Source: a virus
Lineage: Duplodnaviria > Caudoviricetes
Virus record (IMG/VR): IMGVR_UViG_3300028840_002618
Span: 291 to 64,290 of that record
Direction: 5' to 3' (one strand)
DNA length: 64,000 nucleotides
Numbering within the stretch: the stretch's first letter is position 1; each line of letters begins with the position of its first letter. Of this stretch, positions 35,687 to 45,464 are shown piece by piece. The notes beneath the pieces were generated by a model. It ran no database searches. It was not told the origin of the DNA and saw only the letters and a list, made by a program, of their open reading frames with translations. The translations under genes and the position numbers were made by a program.

Positions 35687-35955
35687 AGAAACTCTGCAAC
35701 CAGGAGGGGGTACATCTAGTCCTTTATGACGCCGTTGACGAGGGCTTTGTTCTGGAGGAGATGCCAGAAGGCCAGAGAGTCAGAGAGTTCTACAAGTCAT
35801 ACGTGCACGGAGAGGGAGTTGTGATAGGGGAACGGCTAGAGGACGTCGAGAGGGAAAAGAACCCCATCTGCTTGCACTATGACTGCGAGTTGTTCAAAGA
35901 TGGACAAGGGGAGATCGTTTGCGCCCTTTGTCAGTATAGGGCACCCAACCGGTAG
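35641..35955 (+). CDS. hypothetical protein
   Basis: GAGGAG RBS before ATG 35641. Confidence 0.55.
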   Translation: MPKYGGRTGRFLEGLKKLCNQEGVHLVLYDAVDEGFVLEEMPEGQRVREFYKSYVHGEGVVIGERLEDVEREKNPICLHYDCELFKDGQGEIVCALCQYRAPNR

Positions 35956-35990
35956 TGATCTGAGGGGGTCAAAAACGGTACAGGTAGCTC

Positions 35991-36037
35991 TTGACTGGCT
36001 CTTGTGGGTATGGTACGATCAGAAACACGACAATGAG
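35991..36037 (+). promoter_or_regulatory. promoter with truncated leader motif
   Basis: TTGACT-17-TACGAT-9-GACAATGAG. Confidence 0.7.
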
Positions 36038-36051
36038 GGAGAGAGGGTCCA

Positions 36052-36396
36052 GTGTCTTGTGTCTATTTGTTGCATTTTAGTCGGGCTGTGGGTAGGTCTC
36101 GGCATCCCGGGAACGGGTATGAGGCTCATGCTCGGCACTATGTTGGGTTCACGACTAATCTGGAAAAAAGGATCAAAGCGCACCAAGCAGGTTGGGGAGG
36201 TCACCTGTGCCGGGTCGCTGTGGAGCAGGGGATAGAGATCGAGGTCGCGCACGTCTGGGAGGGAGCAGGACGCGACTTTGAGCGGCACCTGAAAACATCA
36301 TACAAGAACGCGCCAAAAGTCTGCCCGTTGTGCTCCGAGTCTGGAGAGCGCCGGGCAGTTTCATTATGGGAGAGGTACAGGAGGGATCATGGGTAG
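36052..36396 (+). CDS. GIY-YIG nuclease
   Basis: VYLLHF...HYVGFTTNLEKRIKAH...ERHLK. Confidence 0.8.
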   Translation: MSCVYLLHFSRAVGRSRHPGNGYEAHARHYVGFTTNLEKRIKAHQAGWGGHLCRVAVEQGIEIEVAHVWEGAGRDFERHLKTSYKNAPKVCPLCSESGERRAVSLWERYRRDHG

Positions 36397-37111
36397 AGAA
36401 CAAGAAGACAAAAAGATCATCAACTTTGTGCCAATTGACCCAGAGACACACACCCAGTTGGTAGAGTTGGCCAATCAGCAGGGGATCAAGCTCAATGACT
36501 TTCTGGGGCTGTTGGCAGACGAGTGGGCTTTTACCTGGAAACCCCCAGAGGACAAGAGGCGGGAGCGCGCCCTGTTCTGGAACTGGGTAGAGTTGACCAG
36601 AAGGAAACGGATGCAAGACATGGTGTACAGTATGGTCAGCATCTACCAGCAGTTGGGAGAGTCTGAGGAGATGGCAGACATCATAGAGGAGCAGTGCAAG
36701 GTCGCCGGGATCTCACCGTCTGATCTACAGATGATACACGCCGAGGTCTCAAGTGATCCGTTGTCGTCCATCATCGCTCAGAGTAGGGGAGGAACAAAGT
36801 TCTCTCAGTGCTTGGCGTGGTTGAGCTCCATTTTTCGTCAGGTAGGACCCGAGATCGCCGTTAGGGATCTCAGGCAGTTGGCAAAGGCCGAAGGCTTTGC
36901 TTGGGCGATGGTCAACAAGGCCAAAGGCCAGATCAGGGATGATCCAGAAACACAGGTTGATCTTGTGTCTGAAAAGAGAGGCCATTACTGGGTCTGGATC
37001 ATGTTGGACAGGGAGTCACAGAAACCGATAGAGAGGGGTCAAGATGCACACGGAGAGCGAGTACAAAACAGCACGCAAGGGAACGACAAGCAGCATAGTG
37101 AGAGTGGCTGA
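36389..37111 (+). CDS. putative DNA-binding protein (N-terminal RHH-like, C-terminal winged-helix-like)
   Basis: VPIDPETHTQLVELANQQGIKLNDFL; AKAEGFAWAMVNKAK...YWVW. Confidence 0.5.
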   Translation: MGREQEDKKIINFVPIDPETHTQLVELANQQGIKLNDFLGLLADEWAFTWKPPEDKRRERALFWNWVELTRRKRMQDMVYSMVSIYQQLGESEEMADIIEEQCKVAGISPSDLQMIHAEVSSDPLSSIIAQSRGGTKFSQCLAWLSSIFRQVGPEIAVRDLRQLAKAEGFAWAMVNKAKGQIRDDPETQVDLVSEKRGHYWVWIMLDRESQKPIERGQDAHGERVQNSTQGNDKQHSESG

Positions 37112-37526
37112 GCATAAGCACCATATGGACGATGGGAGGATCTTGTACGAATACGAGGTCTCTGAGGGAACGAACCAAAAGAGGATTGACATCGTCTATC
37201 TGACGCCTGGACAGGCAGCAGATGTCATCACGATTCTGGGGCATTGGTTGACAGGGGGCTGGAAACTGTATCGTGTCCAGATCCCAGAGGTCACAGAATG
37301 GGCTTACCATTATGCTCCGTCGCCAGGGAGCGCCATCGAGTTGCATCTGGCTGACCACGACATGTGTGGGTATGACAAAGCCTTGTGTGAGGAGGTAGAC
37401 GCACAGATCAATGTCTGGGGCTTTGGCTGTATTCTCGGAAAAGAGAACCGGGAGGGACATTCGGTCCAGGAGTATGCAGAGGAGTTGGACAAACATCATG
37501 TCTGGGAGGCTCCCGATGGATCCTAG
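37044..37526 (+). CDS. hypothetical protein (start uncertain)
   Basis: fills operon gap. Confidence 0.55.
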   Translation: MHTESEYKTARKGTTSSIVRVAEHKHHMDDGRILYEYEVSEGTNQKRIDIVYLTPGQAADVITILGHWLTGGWKLYRVQIPEVTEWAYHYAPSPGSAIELHLADHDMCGYDKALCEEVDAQINVWGFGCILGKENREGHSVQEYAEELDKHHVWEAPDGS

Positions 37527-39288
37527 AGAGTATGGGCTACCGGATGGACATGAGGAGTTCAGGGAGGGACAGGAGGAGTCGCTGATCTGGGCAATGGAGC
37601 AAGAGGGCGTGGGGATCTTGGAGGCTCCGACCGGGTCAGGAAAAACAGCCATCGCCGCAGGGACCGCAAGCAAGAAACGGGTTGTGGCGTTGTGTCGGAC
37701 TCGAGTCCTCCAGGTCGCTAACTATGCCCAAGAATATGGGTTCGATCCGTTGTTTGGCAAGGACAACTATCCCTGTATCCACCCCGAGGCCGAGGTCGGG
37801 GCGACGTGTGGGCAGTGCCTCTACCCTCAAAAGATGTCAGAGTGTGACTATTATCACGAATGCACCTACATCGCCCAGAGGGATCTTGTTCGCGGGAGTA
37901 GAAAAGCCTCGCTCAACTATGCCTACTATCTGAGGTCTCAGTACTTCAAGGACAATCGGCCCGACGTGTTGTTTCTGGACGAGGGTCACCAGTTGTCTGA
38001 ACTGATCCTGGGTTGGGCAGGATGCACGGTAGACGAGCACAAGAGGGTCAAGTGGTATCTACCCGACTTTCCCATCCTGGAGGCTCAGAGGTCGTCAAGC
38101 TTGACGGCACCGCGGTCGGCGTTTGGCTCGTTCTCAGTAGTGACTCTGCCAGAGCCAGAGGATCCGATAGGTAAGGTCAAGGACTGGCTCACGGAGAGCA
38201 TCAAGATCTTGCGCCGGCAGGTCGTGACGTATCAACAGTTGGCTCCGTTCAGTGAGGCATCAAGAACCAAGGCCCAAGACGGAGGTCTTTTACAGTACAA
38301 ATTACAGACGACTCTCACGACTATTTGTATGAACGAGGACGCATGGTACATCGAGTCTGGGCCGACCGCCTTGCAGAGGCTGGATAGGATGTCTGGAGAG
38401 TACAAGCCCGCGCCGGGGATCGTGATCAAGCCGTTGACCGCGAGATACCATTTTCCGCACTTCTTTTTGAGTGAGGAGAGCGCGACGGTGATCATGTCGG
38501 CTACCATTGGGAATGCCCAGACGTTCTCCGAGGAGTTGGGGATCAGAGTCTACCAGGATCGAGTTATGGAGAATCCTTACCCCCCTGCTCGTCGGCCTGT
38601 GTATGTCTTGGATGCACCGGGGATGGGGTACAAGTCTGGCTTGTCTCACTACAAGAAACAGGCCGAAGTGATCGCCCGGGCCATTCTGGACTGTCCTGCA
38701 GAGTGGTCTGGTATCATCCACGTCACCCGTAAGAGTGAGGCGCCCAAGTTGCGTGACCGGCTGAAAAAGATGGGTCTGCGAAAAAGGGTCTGGAGTCCAC
38801 CGCTAGAGCAAAAACATTGCCGGTTGGATTGTAGCCTCTGCCCGTATCAGGAGGAGGGCGGTTGTAGCAAGCAGGGCCGATGGTTCGGGACGAATGAACA
38901 GGCCGCGCTCTGGACCGTGCGGAAAAAGATGGTACCGGGATCGATCATGGTCTGCTGGCAGTTCCGAGAAGGGTATGACGGATCAGGGATGATCGAGGGA
39001 GTCTACTATCCCGAGTTGGATGAAAAGATCTGCATCGTTGCCAAGACGCCGTTTCCGAATCTAGGGAATCCATACGAGAAGGCACGGCAACGGTTCTCGG
39101 GCAAGTTCTACCTCCAGAGAACGGCATGGGATCTGGAACAGGCCCTTGGTCGGACTCGGAGAGGGAGAGAGATTGACTATGATCTACCGGGGGATCGTCG
39201 TGGTCTGGTAGCGATCGCTGATGGGAATTATGTGCGAGTCCAAAAATATCTATCAAAGGGGTTGCGAGAGGCCATCACAGAGTACTAG
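37516..39288 (+). CDS. DinG/XPD-like SF2 helicase
   Basis: FREGQ, APTGSGKT, Fe-S Cys cluster, DEGH, MSAT, QALGRTRR. Confidence 0.85.
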   Translation: MDPREYGLPDGHEEFREGQEESLIWAMEQEGVGILEAPTGSGKTAIAAGTASKKRVVALCRTRVLQVANYAQEYGFDPLFGKDNYPCIHPEAEVGATCGQCLYPQKMSECDYYHECTYIAQRDLVRGSRKASLNYAYYLRSQYFKDNRPDVLFLDEGHQLSELILGWAGCTVDEHKRVKWYLPDFPILEAQRSSSLTAPRSAFGSFSVVTLPEPEDPIGKVKDWLTESIKILRRQVVTYQQLAPFSEASRTKAQDGGLLQYKLQTTLTTICMNEDAWYIESGPTALQRLDRMSGEYKPAPGIVIKPLTARYHFPHFFLSEESATVIMSATIGNAQTFSEELGIRVYQDRVMENPYPPARRPVYVLDAPGMGYKSGLSHYKKQAEVIARAILDCPAEWSGIIHVTRKSEAPKLRDRLKKMGLRKRVWSPPLEQKHCRLDCSLCPYQEEGGCSKQGRWFGTNEQAALWTVRKKMVPGSIMVCWQFREGYDGSGMIEGVYYPELDEKICIVAKTPFPNLGNPYEKARQRFSGKFYLQRTAWDLEQALGRTRRGREIDYDLPGDRRGLVAIADGNYVRVQKYLSKGLREAITEY

Positions 39289-39296
39289 GAGGAAAC

Positions 39297-40076
39297 ATGC
39301 CTCTGATTGAACCAACGTTGTTTGGTACAAGGAACAAAGTACAGATTGCCATAGAGAGATTGCGAACATTTTGCCCGCCAGAAGGGTATTACCTCGCGTT
39401 CTCAGGAGGTAAGGACTCAGTAACAATCAAGGCCTTGGCTGATATGGCAGAAATAAAGTATGACGCTCACTACAACGTTACCACAATAGACCCTCCCGAG
39501 GTCACAAGGTTCATCCGAGATCAACATCCCGATGTTGTCTGGGAGAGACCCAAAAGGTCCATGTTCCGTTTGATCATCATGAAACAGTGGCCTCCTCTGA
39601 GGCAATGGCGATATTGTTGTGAGAGATTAAAAGAGAGAGGAGGAAAAGGACGCAAAGTACTAACCGGTATCAGGCACCAGGAGAGCGGGCAGAGAAAAAA
39701 CCGGCAGATGGTAGAGACGTGTTACAGTGATCCCACCAAGACATTCATCCACCCAATTATTGACTGGTCAGACAGAGATGTTTGGGAGTTCATCAAAACA
39801 GAGGATCTCCCCTACTGCTCATTGTATGATGAAGGATTCCATAGGGTCGGCTGTATCTTGTGTCCGTATGAAGGTAACGCACAGAATATCCAAAAGCAGA
39901 TCGAACGGTGGCCTCAATTTGTAAAAGCGTACATTAGGACATTTGATCGGCTGATCAAGTACAGAGATAGTCTAGGAAAAGAGACCACCTTCAAAACTGG
40001 ACAAGAGCTTTTTGACTGGTGGATCGATAGAGGACACCGTAAAAAAGATCCTCAGGAGGCGCGACTTTTTGAGTGA
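39297..40076 (+). CDS. PAPS reductase family (PP-loop) protein
   Basis: AFSGGKDS, RYCCERLK, GIRHQES, PIIDW, RVGCILCP. Confidence 0.88.
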   Translation: MPLIEPTLFGTRNKVQIAIERLRTFCPPEGYYLAFSGGKDSVTIKALADMAEIKYDAHYNVTTIDPPEVTRFIRDQHPDVVWERPKRSMFRLIIMKQWPPLRQWRYCCERLKERGGKGRKVLTGIRHQESGQRKNRQMVETCYSDPTKTFIHPIIDWSDRDVWEFIKTEDLPYCSLYDEGFHRVGCILCPYEGNAQNIQKQIERWPQFVKAYIRTFDRLIKYRDSLGKETTFKTGQELFDWWIDRGHRKKDPQEARLFE

Positions 40077-40257
40077 AAAACATCAACCGTTAAACCAGGA
40101 GGATCTAAAGAAGGTTGAACAGGCCCTCAAGCGTCTGAGGGGCATCACCAGAGGTCTCAGGTATGGAGGCTATGGGCAGGAGTATCAACTTGCCCAAGAT
40201 GCCTTGGAGAGTTGGGAGAGGATCAAGCCGTTAGTGAAACAGCCGAGGCTGTTGTGA
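40069..40257 (+). CDS. hypothetical protein
   Basis: TTG start after GGAGG. Confidence 0.5.
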   Translation: MSEKHQPLNQEDLKKVEQALKRLRGITRGLRYGGYGQEYQLAQDALESWERIKPLVKQPRLL

Positions 40258-40266
40258 GAGGGGACC

Positions 40267-41112
40267 ATGAATAAACTGAAAGTCTTATGGACGTGTCCCA
40301 TTTGCAGGAGGGAGACAGAGAGCAGTGTCAGTATAGAGGAGGCCAATCAACAGATCGCCGCAGAATGCCCAGAATGTCGTCATGTGATGATCTACGGAGA
40401 GTGTACGCACATCTTGGGGGTTGTCAGGGAGAACATCACCCAGAGTTCCAAGTCCGAGGTCTGGCTGACTCCTCCGTCAGTCTGGGAGCCAGCACGCGCC
40501 CTGATGGGAGGGACCATAGACCTCGACCCTTGTGCAGAGAGCCTGGGGAGTTGTACAGGATACTCCAGTGAGACCCCTAGCGGAACAGAGTTTGACTGTG
40601 ACATTGGAGACGGTCGGACATGTGAGGAGTGCCAGTACGGGCCATATGGGGAGGGGGATCGATGGAACGTCCCAGCGCGCATCCACTGGACCAAGGCCGA
40701 TGACGCTCTGAGCCAGCCTACCTGGATGGTAGGAGATGAACCGATAGACCTGTTCATGAATCCACCGTACAACAAGAGCAGAATCCAGAACAAGTTTGTT
40801 GATCGGTTTCTGCACGAGTTGTCTCTGGGGAGGATAGGCAGAGCGGTGATCTTGTTGGCATCGAGGACGGACACAAAGTGGTACCAGAAGCTGTACAGGT
40901 ATCCTCGGTGCCATGTGAGAGGTCGGCTAAAATTCCTCAAGCCTGGACCCAACGGGCCAGTGGAGAGAGGTCCTGCCACGTTCCCCAGTGTGATCTTTGG
41001 AGTGGGGATCGATCCGTCTCTATTCTGGGGAGCATACCACCATCTCGGCGGGATCTACATACCCTATGTCAGGGGACGGTACGCAGATGGGCAGTTGGTC
41101 TGGTCATCATGA
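40267..41112 (+). CDS. phage N6-adenine DNA methyltransferase (Dam_2-like) with Zn ribbon
   Basis: WLTP, IDLDPC, FMNPPY, SRTDTKWY, RGRLKF. Confidence 0.85.
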   Translation: MNKLKVLWTCPICRRETESSVSIEEANQQIAAECPECRHVMIYGECTHILGVVRENITQSSKSEVWLTPPSVWEPARALMGGTIDLDPCAESLGSCTGYSSETPSGTEFDCDIGDGRTCEECQYGPYGEGDRWNVPARIHWTKADDALSQPTWMVGDEPIDLFMNPPYNKSRIQNKFVDRFLHELSLGRIGRAVILLASRTDTKWYQKLYRYPRCHVRGRLKFLKPGPNGPVERGPATFPSVIFGVGIDPSLFWGAYHHLGGIYIPYVRGRYADGQLVWSS

Positions 41113-41131
41113 TCATGTACATGAAGATCTC

Positions 41132-41196
41132 TTGACGGGGCACGTGAGATCGTGGTACTATTTGTCAAGAGTTTATCAAGAGTTTATCAAGAGAGG
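41132..41196 (+). promoter_or_regulatory. promoter with tandem TCAAGAGTTTA leader repeats
   Basis: TTGACG-18-TACTAT then tcaagagttta x2.5. Confidence 0.7.
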
Positions 41197-41204
41197 ATTG
41201 CAGA

Positions 41205-41513
41205 ATGAAAGTAGAACTCAGCATTGCAGACGATCGAGAACTCAGGCAACATATCAAGGATGTCATCCGTGGGGAGGTCCTGTCTATTGCCAGGGGCGAG
41301 ATCAAGGGGATCATCGCTCAGGCTGTGTCGGAAAAAGCCATCCCCAGTGAGCCGGTAGACGTTGAACGTGTGATCTCTGAGGAGATACGCAAGCACGTCC
41401 GAAAGGAACTTGGAACCTCTAGCTACCGGGATCCTTCTTGGATACGGAATGAGGCTCGCCGTCAAATTGGAGAGTACTTGAAGGAACTCACCGGGAAACA
41501 TCAACTAGTGTAG
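41205..41513 (+). CDS. hypothetical protein
   Basis: RBS after promoter. Confidence 0.6.
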   Translation: MKVELSIADDRELRQHIKDVIRGEVLSIARGEIKGIIAQAVSEKAIPSEPVDVERVISEEIRKHVRKELGTSSYRDPSWIRNEARRQIGEYLKELTGKHQLV

Positions 41514-41631
41514 ATGTTTAACTGAGGAGGATCAAAGCGCAAGGCCGGTTCGCATCCGAGCCACCCCCCTGAGTGTGGTCAGGGAACTGTCAAAGTAAAC
41601 CATCACAAATTCTATGGAGAGGGATCAAACA

Positions 41632-42945
41632 ATGTCACAGCAAGACGTGTTGTCAGTAGCAGAACAAAGACTCAAAGCTCTGGGGGTCAAGGTTGACGGT
41701 AAGCAGGCCGAGGTTCCCGCAGGAGGAGAGTTCCAGTCGTCGGGCTTTGTCGGCCCGCTTATGGCAGGGATGTTTTTCAGCATCTCCTCCCAGGAGAACT
41801 ACACGCAGTACAATCGCGGTATGGCTGCCGAGAATCAGGTACCGTCACCCGACTACTTTGAGCCGATGGGCAATTGGGGGTACCGGTATTACTATGTCGA
41901 CAAGGATGCCGCGAACAAGGCATGTGAGCTGATCGGGAGCACGAACAACGAGGGCAAGAAGATCCTGCCCCAGATGCTCTGGCACACAGAGATGGAACGC
42001 GATCAGATCCTCAACTGGGCATCGAGTGAGAACCGGCTCAAGTGGGCCGAGATCTTGTCTCAGGATTGCGCGGTCAAGACAACGGCCTCCAAGAAGTACA
42101 GGCACGAATATCAGATGATCACCTTGCCCTCCGCAGTCCAGGCCGCTGCCCTGTATCTGGGAATGCTCGACGCGCCGGTCTGGAACATGGAGGAGTTGCT
42201 GGACCGGAACACGGTGTACGACGACGAGTTCTTTGCTCAGCACTTTGGAGATCCGACCGCCAAAAAGGATGACCTGGAGGCGTTCAACGAGTATGTCCAG
42301 AGCATCATTGTCGAGCAGGGCGTACCGGAGAGTCAGGCCATCCGCATAGCACGGGAGTCTGGGATCGTCAAGGTTCCTTATCAGTTCTCGATCTACTGGG
42401 AGCGCCGAGACGTCCTGTGGAATGCTCTAGGCGAAAAGAATCCGGAGTCATGTCTGCCCATCGTCCGCGATGCGAATGGAGAGATCAGCAAGAACCAGCC
42501 AAAGAAGGCGGTCTCCAGTCTGCACTTGGACTACTGCATCAAGTTTGCGACGTCCCGTTGGGAAAAGCCGGTATGGGCCAGGATCATGTACGTGAGCGAC
42601 CCCCGGGTAGACGCGACTTTTGACAGCAATGGGGAGGAACGTCGGAGCAACCTCGTTGTCATCTCTGAGATCTTTACAGACCGGAATGCCGCCGCGGAGG
42701 TCGTCGGGGCAGAGTCTGAGGGAGATGCGTCGGACGTAGCGGAGGCTCGGGCCGCAGTACAGCCCGCAGAGGTCGTTGCTATCCCAACCGTCCCGGCGAA
42801 CTGGGCCGCGGTCAACTTTTCGCCCGAGATGTTCCTTGAGCAGATCAAGAACAAGGGGGACATCCCCGCCGCAGAGATCGCCAGTGGTCTCCAGTGTTCT
42901 GTTGACGAGATCAACGCTTTTCTGGAGTGGGGCAAGAGCAAGTAG
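41632..42945 (+). CDS. hypothetical protein in recombination/replication block
   Basis: 437-aa ORF with C-terminal HTH-like segment; followed by terminator. Confidence 0.7.
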   Translation: MSQQDVLSVAEQRLKALGVKVDGKQAEVPAGGEFQSSGFVGPLMAGMFFSISSQENYTQYNRGMAAENQVPSPDYFEPMGNWGYRYYYVDKDAANKACELIGSTNNEGKKILPQMLWHTEMERDQILNWASSENRLKWAEILSQDCAVKTTASKKYRHEYQMITLPSAVQAAALYLGMLDAPVWNMEELLDRNTVYDDEFFAQHFGDPTAKKDDLEAFNEYVQSIIVEQGVPESQAIRIARESGIVKVPYQFSIYWERRDVLWNALGEKNPESCLPIVRDANGEISKNQPKKAVSSLHLDYCIKFATSRWEKPVWARIMYVSDPRVDATFDSNGEERRSNLVVISEIFTDRNAAAEVVGAESEGDASDVAEARAAVQPAEVVAIPTVPANWAAVNFSPEMFLEQIKNKGDIPAAEIASGLQCSVDEINAFLEWGKSK

Positions 42946-42966
42946 CCTCGCCGGTCAGTATGTCAG

Positions 42967-43001
42967 GAGGGGAGAGATCTATAGGTCTCTCCCTTCTTTT
43001 T
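42967..43001 (+). terminator. intrinsic terminator
   Basis: GGGAGAGATC-TATA-GGTCTCTCCC-TTCTTTTT. Confidence 0.7.
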
Positions 43002-43011
43002 GGAGGTCGTC

Positions 43012-44001
43012 ATGCCAATAGGGTATGATCCAACGGAGTGCCGTGAGGGATCGAGTCTGCCCAGTAGCGTTTGTCAATCTGGCATAGAGATCCAGGGCTT
43101 CGAGGAGCGAACCGGAGGGGATCTTGTGGTCACTCTGGAGAAACTGATCGTTCAGGATGTGAGGTCAAAGATACCGCCCATCGACGCCGTGTTGCAGAGA
43201 TATGTTGATCATGGGTTCCTCGTACAACGCAAGAGTGGGTCTGACTTTGTCGGATCTATAGGGGATCTATCTGACATCCAGAGGCGTATGAGGCGGTGGG
43301 CCAGTCCGGAACGGTGTGTCTTGTTGATCACGGATCTCAGATTTACAAGAGATGGGTATGCCGTGTCTGGAGGTCGGGCAACGAAATGGACCTTCGAGAG
43401 CATTCGGGGCAAACTGCGTTGGTGGGCTGCGCGTGGGGGATGGTACGAGATCTTGCCAGAGGATCAGGACATCTCGCAGTGGTTGACCGATATGTACGGG
43501 ATCTTGTCTCGGGCGCAAGAGTCACCAGTGATCGCTACCGCGCCAGAAAAGCCGCTGCAAAAGATGGTAGATGAACCGGACAACTGGGTCACGACCGGAA
43601 ACCTGTTCCCAAGAGGAGTAGGGAGAGCCAAGAGAGAAGCGCTGGCTCTAGAGTTGGATCCAGAGTGTGATCCAGTGGAGTCTCCACCGTCTCTGGGGGA
43701 GGTCTTGCTGTACACGACCTCAGGGCGGTTGAGACGAGCGCAAGGTTGGGGTCCAACCTTGTTGCAGAGAATGAGAGACTACTGTGGCGTCGAGGTCGGG
43801 AGAGTGATCAGAGATACTGGCGGCTTCTCTATGATCTCCCTCGTGTTCAAGGACCCCTTGCCTTTTGTCGTCTCTGGAGAGGGGATCGAGGTCATCCCTC
43901 TCCCTGATGGATCTACACGGTACATCTTTACAGAGTATAGCGCACTAGAGAACGTCGCCCTGGTTCTGGGCGCAATAGGGAGAAAAGAACATGGAGAGTA
44001 A
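43012..44001 (+). CDS. ERCC4/XPF-like nuclease
   Basis: GGDLVV...LVQRKSGSDFVGSI; HhH-like C-terminus. Confidence 0.65.
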   Translation: MPIGYDPTECREGSSLPSSVCQSGIEIQGFEERTGGDLVVTLEKLIVQDVRSKIPPIDAVLQRYVDHGFLVQRKSGSDFVGSIGDLSDIQRRMRRWASPERCVLLITDLRFTRDGYAVSGGRATKWTFESIRGKLRWWAARGGWYEILPEDQDISQWLTDMYGILSRAQESPVIATAPEKPLQKMVDEPDNWVTTGNLFPRGVGRAKREALALELDPECDPVESPPSLGEVLLYTTSGRLRRAQGWGPTLLQRMRDYCGVEVGRVIRDTGGFSMISLVFKDPLPFVVSGEGIEVIPLPDGSTRYIFTEYSALENVALVLGAIGRKEHGE

Positions 44002-45130
44002 AAGACAGTTGTATGTCGCAACAGGGCCCTTCGGAGTGGGTAAAACCACATGGGCCTTCGAGGCCACCTTGCCGGCAGATCTGGAAAAGGTCTACTGGAT
44101 TGACCCAGAGGGGTCCGCGAACAACATCAAGGATCAGCTCAAAGAGATGGGCAAGCAGTTTGGTCGGTACGTCGACTTTAGCGAGAGATTCAAGGATAAA
44201 CTGCCCTCGGGCGTGGACCTCTTGGATGCCATCAACAAGGGCAACCTGCCCTGGGCCGACAAGCAAAAAGGCGCGGCATTGGTAGAGTTCTACGAGTATG
44301 TACTGGAGGACATCACCAAGAATCTGACACCGGGCAAATATCAGACGTTCGTGTTTGACCCGGGAGAGAAACTAGAGGCAGGAATGGCGGCCTGGGCCGC
44401 GGCGAATCCCAACGTGGTTGGGGTCAGGGAGAACGCAGGATACGGGCGGTTCTGGAGTCAGGGAGTGTACCCCCTGTATGAGAGCCTTTTTGACGCCATA
44501 TGGAGTCGGGGCGTAGACCTGATCATTTTGACGTTTCATCTCAAGACACCTTGGGAGAATGGACGTCCAGTCATGAACAAGGTTGTTATGTCTGGAAAAA
44601 AGATCCTCAAACCCAAGAGCCAGCTCATGGTCTGGCTGGTGAACGAACCGAACAACCCAAGGGGAGCGCCCGCAGGGCTGGTCCTCAAGGAACGTCTCGG
44701 GCGGTTGAGCATTGGAGACGACGGAGAATGGGACACGCAGAGAACGATCCCGCGCCGTATCCCAGAGTGTACGTGGAGACAGATCCGCAAATATCTCAGG
44801 GGAGATCTACCCTGTGATCTGGCGAATCCCGCACCAGGAGAGGTCCCGAGCCGGGATGAACTCGAGATGATCAGCCCTCTCCTGACCAACAAGCAGATGG
44901 AGCTCATGCTTCTGGAGGCCAAAAAGGATCTGGAGGAGACGGTCCAGATGCGCCAAGGTATGGCGAGTCAGGAGGATCCTAGGCCAGAAGGACCGATAGC
45001 AGATGCAGAGGTCGTCAAGGCCATTCTCGCGGCAAGGACTGAAAAGAGTGACGACACAATCAGGGAAGAATTATCAAAGATCTACCCCCTCCCGGTCGTG
45101 GTCGCCGCCTTTATGAGTCTGGGGAGTTGA
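43991..45130 (+). CDS. AAA_24 / Sak4-like ATPase
   Basis: GPFGVGKTT, IDPEGS, VFD, ILTFH. Confidence 0.7.
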   Translation: MESKRQLYVATGPFGVGKTTWAFEATLPADLEKVYWIDPEGSANNIKDQLKEMGKQFGRYVDFSERFKDKLPSGVDLLDAINKGNLPWADKQKGAALVEFYEYVLEDITKNLTPGKYQTFVFDPGEKLEAGMAAWAAANPNVVGVRENAGYGRFWSQGVYPLYESLFDAIWSRGVDLIILTFHLKTPWENGRPVMNKVVMSGKKILKPKSQLMVWLVNEPNNPRGAPAGLVLKERLGRLSIGDDGEWDTQRTIPRRIPECTWRQIRKYLRGDLPCDLANPAPGEVPSRDELEMISPLLTNKQMELMLLEAKKDLEETVQMRQGMASQEDPRPEGPIADAEVVKAILAARTEKSDDTIREELSKIYPLPVVVAAFMSLGS

Positions 45131-45134
45131 TAGG

Positions 45135-45350
45135 ATGCCAAGGCCACCCAAAGTATTGTCAGGGGAGGAGGTAGACCTTTTGCGGGAGTGCTGGGAGGCA
45201 ACCGGGACAGTGGATACGTGCCGGGTTGCGTACCAGATGGCAAAAGGGTTGGAAAAGCCTCCCTCCTGGGACACAATGAGGAGATGGCTGGCAATCTCAG
45301 GCATCAGAGATGACCCAACCGATCGAGTCGGGAGGTTGCAAGATAGATAG
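45135..45350 (+). CDS. small HTH-like protein
   Basis: MPRPPKVLS...PSWDTMRRWL. Confidence 0.5.
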   Translation: MPRPPKVLSGEEVDLLRECWEATGTVDTCRVAYQMAKGLEKPPSWDTMRRWLAISGIRDDPTDRVGRLQDR

Positions 45351-45378
45351 GAGAGGGGGACATATGTCCCCCTCTTTC
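45351..45378 (+). terminator. intrinsic terminator
   Basis: AGAGGGGGAC-ATAT-GTCCCCCTCT-TT. Confidence 0.7.
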
Positions 45379-45388
45379 AGATTGACTC

Positions 45389-45448
45389 TTGACAAACGTT
45401 GTTGTTTATGGTACTATGTTCGTGACAATGAGTTGAATTGAGTTGATC
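45389..45448 (+). promoter_or_regulatory. promoter plus conserved leader (copy 5, A variant, core duplicated)
   Basis: TTGACA-17-TACTAT-6-GACAATGAGTTGAATTGAGTTGATC. Confidence 0.85.
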
Positions 45449-45464
45449 TGAGAGGAGATCTAGA

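Noticed and set aside
41520-41585. tRNA gene
   Set aside because: Only a T-arm-like hairpin; no acceptor, D or anticodon arms.
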